The notes under the pieces were generated by a model that did not search any database, was not told the origin of the DNA, and was given only the letters and a program-made list of their open reading frames with translations. From contig CDMY01000507.1 of the NCBI GenBank assembly GCA_001179505.1, forward strand, positions 1 to 61,949: a stretch of 61,949 nt of DNA, written 5' to 3'. This DNA comes from Vitrella brassicaformis CCMP3155 (Eukaryota > Protista > Chromerida). The position numbers and the translations under genes are program-made. Below are positions 37,301 through 49,195 of the stretch, piece after piece. Position 1 is the first letter of the stretch, and every line of letters starts with the position of its first letter.

Positions 37301-40300
37301 CCCTTGCAGATGGCTGGGACAAGGCATCGCGATCCAAAGTTGTCATCAGTCGTCAAATATAAAATGTAGACAACGATATCTGAAGGCAAGTAGATCACAT
37401 GGCCCGTCGACGGCCTCGATGGCCGCCAGGAGCTCCCTCCTGGTTGTGCGGGGGCTCGGGTAGGCGGCGCTTGCGACTGAGAGCCAGTGGTCGCTCGTCT
37501 TCGTCGTCCCCCATGGCCATAGGCTGCTGCTGGACGACGGGAAGACGGAAAGAAAGGACAACGGACAGAGGAGTGAGTGCCTTTCTCGATCGACCTGTGA
37601 GGTGCCTGCCCTGCCTACCCACCAACGTCGCCGGCGTCGNNNNNNNNNNNNNNNNNNNNNNNNNNNNNNNNNNNNNNNNNNNNNNNNNNNNNNNNNNNNN
37701 NNNNNNNNNNNNNNNNNNNNNNNNNNNNNNNNNNNNNNNNNNNNNNNNNNNNNNNNNNNNNNNNNNNNNNNNNNNNNNNNNNNNNNNNNNNNNNNNNNNN
37801 NNNNNNNNNNNNNNNNNNNNNNNNNNNNNNNNNNNNNNNNNNNNNNNNNNNNNNNNNNNNNNNNNNNNNNNNNNNNNNNNNNNNNNNNNNNNNNNNNNNN
37901 NNNNNNNNNNNNNNNNNNNNNNNNNNNNNNNNNNNNNNNGCCACGGTCACGTCCCCGTAGGGGTCAAGGAGGGACCGGTCGTTCTCGTGCAAACAGACGG
38001 AGAAGAGACATCAGCGAATGTTCATGAGCCTCTTCCTTTATCCTTCACTCACTGACCTTTGGGGCCGCCAGGATGTCACTATGCGATCCATGCACACCAG
38101 CCGGCGTCAATGGGGTAGGAGAGGCCCACAGATATAAAACGTAGACAGCGATCCATCTGCACACACAGACACGGGGCGTGTTGATCAGTCGGCTTTGAGC
38201 GCTCACACACATACCCCTTGCAGATGGCTGGGACAAGGCATCGCGATCCAAAGTTGTCATCAGTCGTCAAATATAAAATGTAGACAACGATATCTGAAGG
38301 CAAGTAGATCACATGGCCCGTCGACGGCCTCGATGGCCGCCAGGAGCTCCCTCCTGGTTGTGCGGGGGCTCGGGTAGGCGGCGCTTGCGACTGAGAGCCA
38401 GTGGTCGCTCGTCTTCGTCGTCCCCCATGGCCATAGGCTGCTGCTGGACGACGGGAAGACGGAAAGAAAGGACAACGGACAGAGGAGTGAGTGCCTTTCT
38501 CGATCGACCTGTGAGGTGCCTGCCCTGCCTACCCACCAACGTCGCCGGCGTCGGGCGATGGCACCAGCTGGTCGCCAGCGTTGCCCAGCCGGCTGCAGCT
38601 GCAGGGCCGCCAAAACCTAGATAGACACACACACCCCAGAGAGAGCATTGCCAGTGTGCGTACGTGTGTGTGTGGGTGCGTGTAGTCTGTTCGCTCACCG
38701 ATAGCTATCGCATCATGGATCGGGTCGCCAACGCCATCATCGGCCGGCGGGGGCGGGGCAGCGGCGCATGTGGCCGAGCTTGGCCAGCTCGCGCCGCATG
38801 ACGGCGTCGAACTGCCCCGCCAGCTCGACCTTGAAGCTTGCCGCCTGCACCCCGACCCCCCCTCCCCCCGCCAGCACGTCCTCGTCGGCGGCTCCCTGCA
38901 GCACCCTCGCCGCATCCGCCAGCTCCCTCCCGAGGGGCAGCTTCCTCCCGTCGACGAGGGCCACGCCACGCATGTCGATGGGGCTCCTGCGATGGACAGC
39001 GCGCCCTTCTCCGGCTGCTGCTGCTGCTGGAGGTGTGGGGCCACCGATCGTATGGCGGCAGGCATGGCAAGGTCTGGGTCGTTGACCTGCTTCTGGCGTA
39101 ACGCTCGGGGGAAGAGGGGAGTCTGTGCGGCAGAGGAGGGCTCGGTGGGGCTTGGCTTGCCCTTCTCGCGNNNNNNNNNNNNNNNNNNNNNNNNNNNNNN
39201 NNNNNNNNNNNNNNNNNNNNNNNNNNNNNNNNNNNNNNNNNNNNNNNNNNNNNNNNNNNNNNNNNNNNNNNNNNNNNNNNNNNNNNNNNNNNNNNNNNNN
39301 NNNNNNNNNNNNNNNNNNNNNNNNNNNNNNNNNNNNNNNNNNNNNNNNNNNNNNNNNNNNNNNNNNNNNNNNNNNNNNNNNNNNNNNNNNNNNNNNNNNN
39401 NNNNNNNNNNNNNNNNNNNNNNNNNNNNNNNNNNNNNNNNNNNNNNNNNNNNNNNNNNNNNNNNNNNNNNCACTATGCGATCCATGCACACCAGCCGGCG
39501 TCAATGGGGTAGGAGAGGCCCACAGATATAAAACGTAGACAGCGATCCATCTGCACACACAGACACGGGGCGTGTTGATCAGTCGGCTTTGAGCGCTCAC
39601 ACACATACCCCTTGCAGATGGCTGGAACAAGGCAGCGATCCAAAGTTGTCATCGGTCGTCAAATATAAGATGTAGACAGCGATATCTGAAGGCAAATAGA
39701 TCACATGGCCCGTCGACGGCCTCGAGGAAGAGTGCATTGTCGTGGAGGCGTTTGTCGCGGTCGTCAGGCACAAAGGACCTTGCGACTCCTCGTCAAGACG
39801 CCGCTGGTCTGCTTACCTACCCCAGCCACAACAGCAAGAGAGATGCACTCCGGGATCGCTCACCGCATCCATGCATCCATCACATGTGTGTGTGGGTGGT
39901 CAGGTACCTGTGCTTCGAGAGTATGACGGCCCTCATCTCTCCATTCAGATCAACACGCCGCAGGTGAGTGGGCTTCTCTTCCTCATCCACACCCACACCC
40001 ACAGCAACTTGACCCTCGTCTACATCCATCTTGGCCAAGCCAGACCCCTCCCCACCACCACCTCCACCAACACTTCCTGAGCTTACCCGAATATCGAATG
40101 AATCTACCCCCTCCCTCCTTCCCTCCCTCCCTCCTGTCGGGCGGCCTTCTTGTGGGCCTTAATTCTCTCTTTTGTCTCTTTTTCTTTTGCCTTCTGATGG
40201 GCGTTGGTCTCTTCTGCTCCCTCTCTCTCTCTCATCCCTCTCTCCCCCTTTGGCTGGGCTGTGGTATGGTGTGGTGCGCGCGGTGCTGGTCAGCAAAAAG

Positions 40301-42110
40301 TGACCAAGGCGGCGTGCGAATGCACACCCACGCATCTATGCACGTCAAGGACACGCGTGTCGGTCCTCTGCGGCGTGGCTTCGTCGCATATAGGCGATCA
40401 TGGCCTGCACAGAGAACACATGGCAGCGCATGCACAGAAACGATAAGAATGGCATCCACATGCAGCTTGCAGTGACGACTTCTCGCCATCCAATGCACTT
40501 CGTTCGTCCCTCTCCGCTCCCTGCGTGTCCTCACCGTCGGCGTCATCGTTGTCCGACTCGTCCTGTCGCCTCGGCATGGTGTCGTGGTCTTGGCAGCCTC
40601 CAGGGGCTTCTTGATGCTGGTCAACACACAACGCACAAACACGCGGAACATCACGGAACTATGCGTGGAGAAACAGAAGATCCATACACAGAGGAGACAT
40701 GAGCAAAATGGTGCATTCTCCTCCTTGTTCTGTCTTCCTTTCACACCAGAGGTGCAGGTGGTCGAGCATCTGCAGCTCGCGAAACGCCCCCTTGACCGCC
40801 TCTGCAGACACACACGTGCGACAGATGTATGTGTGTGTGGCACACATGTTTTGAAGGCCTTTCTGTGGCGGGTTGATCCTCTCACTCACCTGGCAGGCAT
40901 GTGGTGGGTCTGCTTCTTGAGCCATGTCTTGACGGCGGCCTCCCGCACCTCGATGACCTCCTCGCAGAGAGAGCTGCGCCACGTGCGGCTGCAGCAACGA
41001 AGACAACACAGTATGTAAATGAAGTAGAGAAGGTACACACATAGCTTACCATTCAGTGCGGCACCTTGAGGCCGATAGATGGCCGCCGAAGCGGCCAAGT
41101 ATGCGTAGTGAAACAGAGGAAACACAGAGGAGACATGAGACAAATCTGTGCTTTATTCTCTTTTTTCTCCCTTATGTACTTACGCACCTGAGTGGCCTTC
41201 AGGACAATGCTTGGAGGCAACGCCGCCACAAAACTACTCTCGCTCAGCTGAAAGATAAGACAAAAGGGACAGATGTCAAGTGTTTGTCAGAATCTGAAGT
41301 GCCCTTGATGACGGCGAATGTTAAGTCGCTGGCTTACTCACTCACAAGCTCCACTTTTCGTCTGAAAGCACAGCTCGCTTTTCTGAAGAGAGAGAAGAAA
41401 AAAGAAAAAAATCAGTGAGCATTCTGAATTTTTGACTCAGTGCACCGTGAGTACTCAAGTACCATTATGTCCTTCATGTGCAGGTCTTCTCGTTGGCCAG
41501 GAGGTTGTCGTCGTAATGAAATCTTCCCATCCTGCCGCAGGACACAACCCGGATCGGATCAGATCTGTCTGTTTTCTTTTTTTCTTTTCTTCTCGTCGGA
41601 CCAAGGAATTGCATTTCTGGAAAGCAGCAGACAGGGAATCCGACGTGCACGTGAACACCAGACTGAGTGAGGCACTCAGTGACCTTCCAGAAATGTGTCG
41701 AGAAAAGGAGACGGGAACGAAAAGAAGAAATCACCATTTCATCTGCACACACAGAGATGGCCAGGGAGGCATATGAGCACACCAATGGCAACAAAGTGCG
41801 CCATGCAGTCATCCCTACACATCATCCAGACACCACTCCATCACCTCACCCAAGACACATGGCACAAAACGTGGCCACACTCATGTACTCACCAAATGGA
41901 GGCGGTTTGTGCGAGAAGAAGGTGCGTGCGCACTCGGCAGGTGCCAGGCAGTCGCCAGGCGTTCCACAGAAGGCAGGGCGCCACCACCAAGCTGGCCACC
42001 GAGGCCTCCCCTGGGGCACGGCGGTGGAGGAAAAAAGTGGCGGGTGACATCCGGATGAGTTGGGAGGTGTAGAGGGAGATGCGGCGGACAGCACAAGCCA
42101 ACGACCAGCC
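34316..42110 (-). repeat. Right arm of the inverted duplication: reshuffled copies of segments from 1-7060 and 12150-12310, with internal direct repeats next to gaps
   Basis: The segment order differs from the left arm. 35421-36071 appears identical to 39471-40121 (offset 4050), and 37026-37639 to 37940-38553 (offset 914). Confidence 0.9.
35141..35321 (-). CDS. Third copy of the MRAKL(P/A)AEWY family exon
   Basis: MRAKLAAEWYAKAEEVTDVLDHHWHTQDIPVWEEVCEELIHTRQAAVDKWLTEQTNQMP with intact splice sites. Confidence 0.55.
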
Positions 42111-42835
42111 AAAGAGAAAAAGAAACGGAGGATCTGTGGCTGAAATAAGGCAGATGGAGCAGAATGCGGAAAATCTGCAGTAGGTTGCGCGGAAAATAAT
42201 TTGGGGGCGTCTCCGTCTCATCGCGCGAGGTTGAGATTTCCGTCCAGGCGCTGGCTTGAGAATACGCGCTGAATTTAAAGACACACACAGGCTGAAAGGC
42301 ACAGTGAAGGACGAACAAGCATGAGAGTCCAGCATGCTCTGCAGAGGCCATATGCGCGTCGTGTGCGTGTGTACGTCTCTTGCTCACGAGGGAATGGAGG
42401 CAGCTCTCAGCGTGAAGAGCGGGAATCCACCAGCCACCGTCGTACGTCCACCGTATCGCCGTGCACTGTGACCGACACGCCCGACCCCTCCGCACACAAA
42501 CGTGACGGTATCGATGGCTGCTGAGAATGGGACACTGACACCCCTGGCTGTTGCTCCTGCTGAGGGGTGGAAGATACAGAGTGATAAGTCCTCACCGGCG
42601 CACTGCCGTCATGCAGTAGCTGGGACAGCCATTCGATGGGAAGAGAAGATGACGGCCCCCGTCTCCGTGTGCTTTTGAAAATTCGGCACCGGCATCTCTC
42701 ACACTGCCGTCCTCTGGCTCGTCTCCCTGGCGAAAGCATACGGCAGCGACAGTCAGGATGTGCGCCAGGAGCACATCAATGCAAATACTCCCCTTGTCCA
42801 CCTATCTCTGCCTTCTAGAGTGGACAAGCACGCGG

Positions 42836-42985
42836 GTCAACGTCTATGTGTCTGTGTGTGCGGAGCTGCGCTACTTCTGGCGATTTGTTGCGGCTGGCGG
42901 GGGAGGTCCAAGACAGACAAATGACCTAGGCGTGACCCCTGAGTGTGTCTGTCTCTGCTGCTGGTGGTGTCGGTGAGTGTGCTGC
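42836..42985 (+). pseudogene. Third, inverted fragment of the STK19-like last exon
   Basis: acttctggcgatttgttgcggctggcgggggaggtccaagacagacaaatgacctag encodes TSGDLLRLAGEVQDRQMT*. The flanks match the STK19 intron (gggtcaacgtct) and 3' flank. Confidence 0.8.
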
Positions 42986-43262
42986 TCTACTTGACGTGTG
43001 TGGCGGGGTTTGTAGGTACATGAATATGTGCATGTTGCTTTTGCCTGCTTCGGACACAGAACAGCCGAATGAGGGTGGGCACGAGTCTTCTCTCTGGGCT
43101 GCTGTGTTTGTACAGTGATAGGCTACTTGGCGCATTCGTCGACAACTCATGTGTATGAGCGAAGCGTTGCTGTGATAGTCATATGCTGTTGGGTCAATAC
43201 GTCTTCATAATGAATACGCATATCACGAGTTCATCAATAGACGCATGTAGTCAGTCAGTCAG

Positions 43263-44378
43263 TCAGTCCATGTCTAAGTCGATGCCCAGCACGTCTGCCG
43301 GGTCCCTCTCCTCCAGCTCCTCATCCGCATCGACCACACTCTCATTCAGCGCATCCACCAGCTTGGTCAGCCCCACTGTCGTAGCGTCAGCCATCTCAAG
43401 TATGGCCTTCGAATCCTCCCTCACTGCCTCACGGACGCTCTGCTTGAGAACCTTAGCCGTCGCCTTCAGTGCGGCATGTATCATGGTGTCGTTCTTGGGC
43501 CGTGCAGCGACGCTGTCGGCCACTTTCTTGACGGCCGCATACAGATGCGCACCCGACCGCAGCTGATCCGACGAGGCGTGTTGGTATGTGGAGGCGACGG
43601 ACTTGAGGATCTCGTCGGCAGCGTTCTGCACTGCCGCTGGGATTTGGCTGATGTCCTCTGTGCTGTTGTTGACGAGAAGAAGTCCCCTCATCATAGCTCT
43701 GCTCTGGGGGATGTGGCGAGCGCTCTGACCGATGAGAGCGTGGCTGGGGTGGTGTTTGTGTCGCTTTCTCGGGCTTAATAGGGCGGCGGCTAGCTGCTCG
43801 AGGTGCCCTTCGAGCGTAGCGGCTGTTGCGGCCGGGGCTGTCCCATTCTCGTCGACGAAGGGAAATGAGGCCCCGCGATGGATGATCTCTGCCGTTGCTA
43901 ATAGATCGGCGATGAGGACAGCAAATGCAAGCCTCCGATGGGCGCAGAACGCAGGGAACCTCGCCATTTCGCCGCTCGCGATCGCCTTGCGAGCTTGCAC
44001 ATTTTTGGCCTTTGACCTCCTTTCTCGGCTGTTTAGGGGCATGGACTGTTTGTCTGATGCTCGGAATATCCAGTCGCTGTGCAGCCTGCTGTGTCCCGAT
44101 GACCAGGACGAGAACCTCCCAGGAGAGGAAGGGACTGCTGGGGCAGGGAGGACAGAGAGGGGGAAGGGGAGGCGCCCTCGAGATGAACGGACGTAAGCAG
44201 AGTTGGGCAAGGCAAACACAGCGATGGGATGAGTGCCTGGTGCGTCTTGCTTGTCTTGTATCAGTTGGCTGTCGAGCACCCTCAGCCTAACGGACTTAGG
44301 CAGGGCGTCGACCACACCACACAGATGAACTCGAGCATATCGTCGTGTGAACACACGCAGACCGACAGTGTCTGTCAA
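43263..44378 (-). CDS. Uninterrupted 371-codon ORF; helical Ala-rich hypothetical protein; true start probably internal (MPLNS at 44042 or later)
   Basis: Long open frame with protein-like composition from about 43970 down to the stop. No domain recognised. Confidence 0.5.
   Translation of the reverse strand: MTDTVGLRVFTRRYARVHLCGVVDALPKSVRLRVLDSQLIQDKQDAPGTHPIAVFALPNSAYVRSSRGRLPFPLSVLPAPAVPSSPGRFSSWSSGHSRLHSDWIFRASDKQSMPLNSRERRSKAKNVQARKAIASGEMARFPAFCAHRRLAFAVLIADLLATAEIIHRGASFPFVDENGTAPAATAATLEGHLEQLAAALLSPRKRHKHHPSHALIGQSARHIPQSRAMMRGLLLVNNSTEDISQIPAAVQNAADEILKSVASTYQHASSDQLRSGAHLYAAVKKVADSVAARPKNDTMIHAALKATAKVLKQSVREAVREDSKAILEMADATTVGLTKLVDALNESVVDADEELEERDPADVLGIDLDMD
44022..44123 (+). 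repeat. About 102-bp direct copy of the PIH1D3 5' end (47959-48060)
   Basis: ttctcggct.ttt.gggg.atggactgtttgtctgatgctcggaa.atccagtcgctgtgcagcctgctgtgtcccgatgaccaggacgagaac.tcccagg is shared, with about 5 mismatches. Confidence 0.95.
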
Positions 44379-44474
44379 TCGTACTTGGCTGTGTCCTTTG
44401 TTCCGTTTCGTGTCTGTTCAGGGCCGCCGTGTGATGGCGAACAAGATCCTGCCCATCATCTACTGAAAGTTCGC

Positions 44475-44512
<38 letters not shown>

Positions 44513-44834
44513 TTGTGTGTGAGTAAGGCGATTGAGTGCATTAAGCTGAGATGATAAGAGAAGGGGAGAGAGGGACCAGTGTGCACTGGTCTCTCCCAGG
44601 GGCTGGTCCCTTTATGGTGAGGGCTGCCTCTCACGTCGTGCATTGGCTGGCGTCTTTTGAGTTTTGTTGTTGCACTCGAGAGACAATGCAATGAATGGAT
44701 GGACTCACCATATGGAGCTCGAATTGAAGGCATGCTGCACAACTAATATACGACGACTCGTCACACGCATGAATGCTGTCTGTCCCATTCATGCAATCAG
44801 CTGTCCCCCTCTATGACCTGCCTCACCCCTCTGC

Positions 44835-47585
44835 TCATTTTGCCTTGAGTTTCAAAAAGAGACCGCATGCTGGTGGGTCCCCGGCTGCCATGCCGTTTGT
44901 CGGTTCAGGAAACACGTCGTATGTAACACGGACAGTGTAGTAGTGCTGGCTGGCCTTCTGAATGCACTCGACAGCCAGCAGCCGAAGGCCTCTCTGCTTA
45001 TCCGTATCATCAAACTCGTCAAACGGCACGAACACGCGCATCTCGACGTGCTGTGGCCTCACGAGAAAAATCAAATCGATGCACGACCGCACACACGCAA
45101 TGCTGACGTGAATGCCGTCGTAGTCTAGATCGGTGTCTTCATCCTCCTCGTCTATGAATAGGAAAAAGCGGTCAATTGACGGGAATCGCCATCGACCAGG
45201 TGTGTGTGCCGAGAGCGGACTCAGATTGTCATCCAAGTACCAACTCGGCACACGCACCCAGTCTAAGGCGTCGACAGATACATACGATAGACACTTCGCT
45301 AAGTCGCCCAGCCGCCTGACTTCCAAAGTCACTTGCTTGAGAGAAGAGAGGGACCCGACCAGCGAGGAGAGAGGATTGGAGCTAGCAGGTAAGCCAGTAG
45401 AGAGAGAAGCCAGGCTGCACTCGAGCGAAGTGACAGATGGCAGGTGTCGATTGCCGGCGCCCTCTGTGCGCTCAGTCAGCCACAGCGGGATGCTCTCCAT
45501 CGTTCTCTCGGCAGAGTCGTAGCATGAGATCTCCAGTTTCCTCGCCGTGTCGAAGATGAGCATGCCGCCACATGGCGAGGAGTGAACCGGCATGCCGCCA
45601 CATGACAACCGAACCTGAATGGATCCATGCAGAGACGTCAGCGCCACCGGTTCGCCACGTGTGTGTGCGTGTGAATGTCTGTGTCTTCCTACCTCGTCTA
45701 CCCTGCTCGCGATCTTCTTGATGGCATCGCCACACGCCCTAAGGTGGCCGGCCGGGCAATCGTCACGTCCTGGCTGCAGCGGACAGTGAAGCATCGAGAC
45801 TTGGAAGGCTTGGACCAGTCGATGTTGCACTTGACGCTCCTCGCCCACTCGAGCAGGTCAGGCAGCGTCAGACGGTACCGACCGCCAATCGGCAGACGCT
45901 GGCCGGACGTCGCACTGATCTCGCCGTGTCTGTCACAGATGCTCAGATGCTTCATCACACCTGACAGACACGGACGGAAGACATCATGACATCTAATTCG
46001 TCCCCCTGCCGACCTACCGAGGCGATCAGGTCTCCTCCAGAATGTAATCTCGTCGTGCAGGGCGTCGAACTCCCACTGGCAGGTCTCGAGGTCCCCGATG
46101 GACGTGAGGTTGGGGCACTGGGCGCACAGCGAGACGAAGCGGCGCCACTGGGCGCTGGCCTTGGCCTCGACCGCCGCGTCGATGTGTCTCAAGGCAGGCG
46201 CGTGCTCGATGATGTAGTTGAGCTTGGAGAGCTCGCGGACGGCCCACACCGAGCCGGTGTCGAAACTCTTCAGTCGTGAGAATTGCCAGCTAGATTCAAC
46301 GACCCTGACAGAGGATATCAGGACATCAATCAATCAATCCAGCCAGCCAGATGCGGCATCCACCCATTGTCCCTTGCTCACGTGCACAGGGTGTCAAAGT
46401 TCGTTATGCGCAGCTCCTCGACTTGCGGGAAGACGACAGGCGACGCTGAGGCGGCACGAGGCTCACGGCTATGCCGTACATGTACGTCGCCCAGCATGAT
46501 GGCCTTGAGTGTCGGTCGCGACGCCTCCAGGCACTCGAAAATGAAGGGGGTCGCAATGACTAGGTGGACCGTCTGCATCTTCGACTGCAGCCGGCCAGAA
46601 ACAGACGGAGATGAGTGAAATGTGTCCTTGGGATCGCGCCCCTCTGCCTGCCTGCCTGCCTGCCTGCTATGCACACTCACCCACCAGTCGCTGCTGGAGG
46701 ATCTTCTTATGGGTGGGGATATCGTGAGCGTCACGCGTCTCGTCGTACAGGTCCAGCTGCTCAGCGCGCTTGCTAAAGGTGTCATCCTTCCTCGACGGGT
46801 GCACACTTCCTCGTCCTCGGATGTGACGATCAGGTTTCGATAGACGCCCATCGTCTCGTGCGTTATCTTGCCGTACAGCTCTAGGTTGACGCGTGACAGC
46901 CGGGCTGTGTGGCTCGTCTCGATCAGCGCGGCCGTCAGGTTGATGACCACCTCAGGAAGACCCGGCAGACACGGACGGCCGTACGATGACTGACACACAC
47001 AAAACCAATGAATGGATAAATGGGTGAATGAATGAATGAACGATAATCCCGCATGGAAGCCGTCTGCTGCAGAGTGCTCACCTTGTCTGTGGCACGATTT
47101 GGTCCTCCCTGCTGCCGAGGCTCAGTCACGGTGTCCGGTCCACCTGAACGACACACGCACAGACGACCAAGTCATGTTGCGATACGTGGAGTACCCACAC
47201 ACCTGCGGCGCCAGCAGCAGCAGCAGCTGCAGATGGTGATAGTGCAACGTCCTCTAGAGGCAGCTGCACGTGGCAGGCCAAATCGTAGTCATCCATCCAC
47301 CCACCCATGGTGAACCGTCTGTCTCGATTTGTTTGTGTGTCTGGCCGCACCGCTATCGATTTGCCGTGTGTTTGGTAGCCATCTTGCTCTCCATACATGT
47401 CGATCGACTCCTCGTCGCCCCGCCGTGCTAGAACTCCACCAGACTGACACACACACAACACGCACGGACACACACTGACGCGGCGGGCGTACCTCCCCCA
47501 CCCCCTTATCCGTTTCCTCCGCCAGGATCCTCCCCTTACGTCGGCTAGTGTGTGCGCTTCTGCGATAGTGCTAATTTCGTCCATG
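44835..47585 (-). CDS. Multi-exon LRR-like solenoid protein, apparently of the same lineage-expanded family as 14522-16866
   Basis: Large exons in ORFs 46378..46998, 45698..46333 and 44835..45848 contain repeats such as FPQVEELRIT, FSRLKSFDT, CPNLTSIG, LPSVTSLEC and LSSLKQVTL. 5' exons and the start codon are uncertain. Confidence 0.55.
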
Positions 47586-47977
47586 GCGTCGCTGAGCGTC
47601 GCCTGAGCGCCGGCGGGAGAGCTCGTCACCCTGCCGACCTGCCGACCACAAAAAACAACCAATATCCCACCTTGTGTTGCCTGTGTACAACATCAGACCT
47701 CACCTGCACACACAGCGGACATAAATGCAGGCATGCAGGGAAATCCGCCTGTGCTTACCGCTCTTAGAGATTAGCGCAATAGTGCGCCGCTACGCCCATG
47801 CCTGCTCATGAATGAATGCGATTCGAATGAACCATTGTGTTTGCTGTGTTACCTGTCCTTTCGGCTGGGCCATCATCTCTATCCATCCGGTCGTCTGTCC
47901 ACATCTGTTTCTCTCTCTGCCCTAAAGGGCCTCGCCGAATTCTCAGCGCTTTTGCGAATTCTCGGCTCTTTTGGGGT

Positions 47978-49022
47978 ATGGACTGTTTGTCTGATGCTCG
48001 GAACATCCAGTCGCTGTGCAGCCTGCTGTGTCCCGATGACCAGGACGAGAACATCCCAGGCCCCACGGTGCCTGGCGGGACGGCTCTCACACCCGGCACC
48101 ATCACAGGGCCGAAGGGCACGAGGCGAATCGCACCGCCAAACGTCAAAGTGACCGCCAAGGTGACAAGAGTCGCCAATAGATCACCACGAGTGCGTGCAC
48201 TTTGTGTCTCTGAGTGTGTGCAGACGCCTTGTGCGGATAAAGCGGAGAAGAGGGCCAAGCAGGATGACATCTGGGGCGAGAGCGAGGTGGAGCAGGGCAT
48301 CACGCTGCAGCAGGACGACCACCGGACCGAACCTGAATACGAGGTGAGATGAAACTGCGCACACAGATGCCCTCACGCAGCGGACCTGCCTTGCTGTGTG
48401 TCTTGGATGGGTTGCAGATCTTGTATCGGCAGAAGGTGGGGACCGAGGATGTGTATCTTGGGATGAGCGACAGGGACGTCTCCTCCGACCACTGTGAAGA
48501 GATCACCATAAAGGTGGGACCCCCCGTGTCTCCTTCATGCACCTTATGTGTGTGTCCGTCTGGCCTTCCTCTGCAGATAGAGCTGCCGGACACGAAGCTC
48601 CCCGACATCACGCTGGAGGTGAGATGGACACCCACTGCTAATCAGGCCTTCATGTCAAGTGCTCATTTCTTCTCAGACGCTGCGTGAGCGTCTGATCGTC
48701 ATGTCGCCGAAGTACCGACTGAATCTTGCGCTGCCGTATGCCGGTACGTGGATGGCATTGCGCTGTGCATGGGTGTGTGTACCCCATGTGTGTGCCTGCT
48801 GGAATGGCTGTGTTGCGTGCAGTGAAGAAGGACCAGGGCTCGGCCAAGTGGGATGGGAAGAAACAAGTGCTGAAAGTGGTGGTACGCTCTGCTTGCTGGC
48901 CCTGGCTGGATGTCCACTGACTGCTTCGTGTGCTGTGCATGTGTTGGTTTGTTGTGTGTGTGCAGCTGCCTATTGAGCGTGATGTCAGGCTGGTCGACTT
49001 AGCAGGGGCTGCACGGACCTAA
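47978..49022 (+). CDS. PIH1D3: PIH1 domain-containing protein 3 / dynein axonemal assembly factor 6
   Basis: Spliced product: ...DDIWGESEV...DDHRTEPEYE/ILYRQKVGTEDVYLGMSDRDVSSDHCEEITIK/IELPDTKLPDITLE/TLRERLIVMSPKYRLNLALPYA/VKKDQGSAKWDGKKQVLKVV/LPIER. It matches the recalled PIH1D3 signature PEYEI...Q.VGTED..LG...KD.S..C...L.VKI.LP. Confidence 0.9.
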
Positions 49023-49195
49023 TCGATGCATGCATGGGTGGGTGTATGAGTGATGTCTGTCGGTGAATGCAATGCTGTGTGGTTCGTGTTGCGTAGCTGC
49101 GAGACCGACACAAAGAAATGCATATCATCCATGCCATGCATCGATGTCACACTCTCTCCCTGCACCGATCCACGCAGACACGCACACACGGCCTG

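Noticed and set aside
35421-40121. Apparently identical direct repeats (35421-36071 = 39471-40121; 37026-37639 = 37940-38553) as a tandem array
   Set aside because: Each copy ends or begins exactly at a 300-N gap. That is the signature of redundant contig ends in scaffolding, so it cannot be taken as real without long reads.
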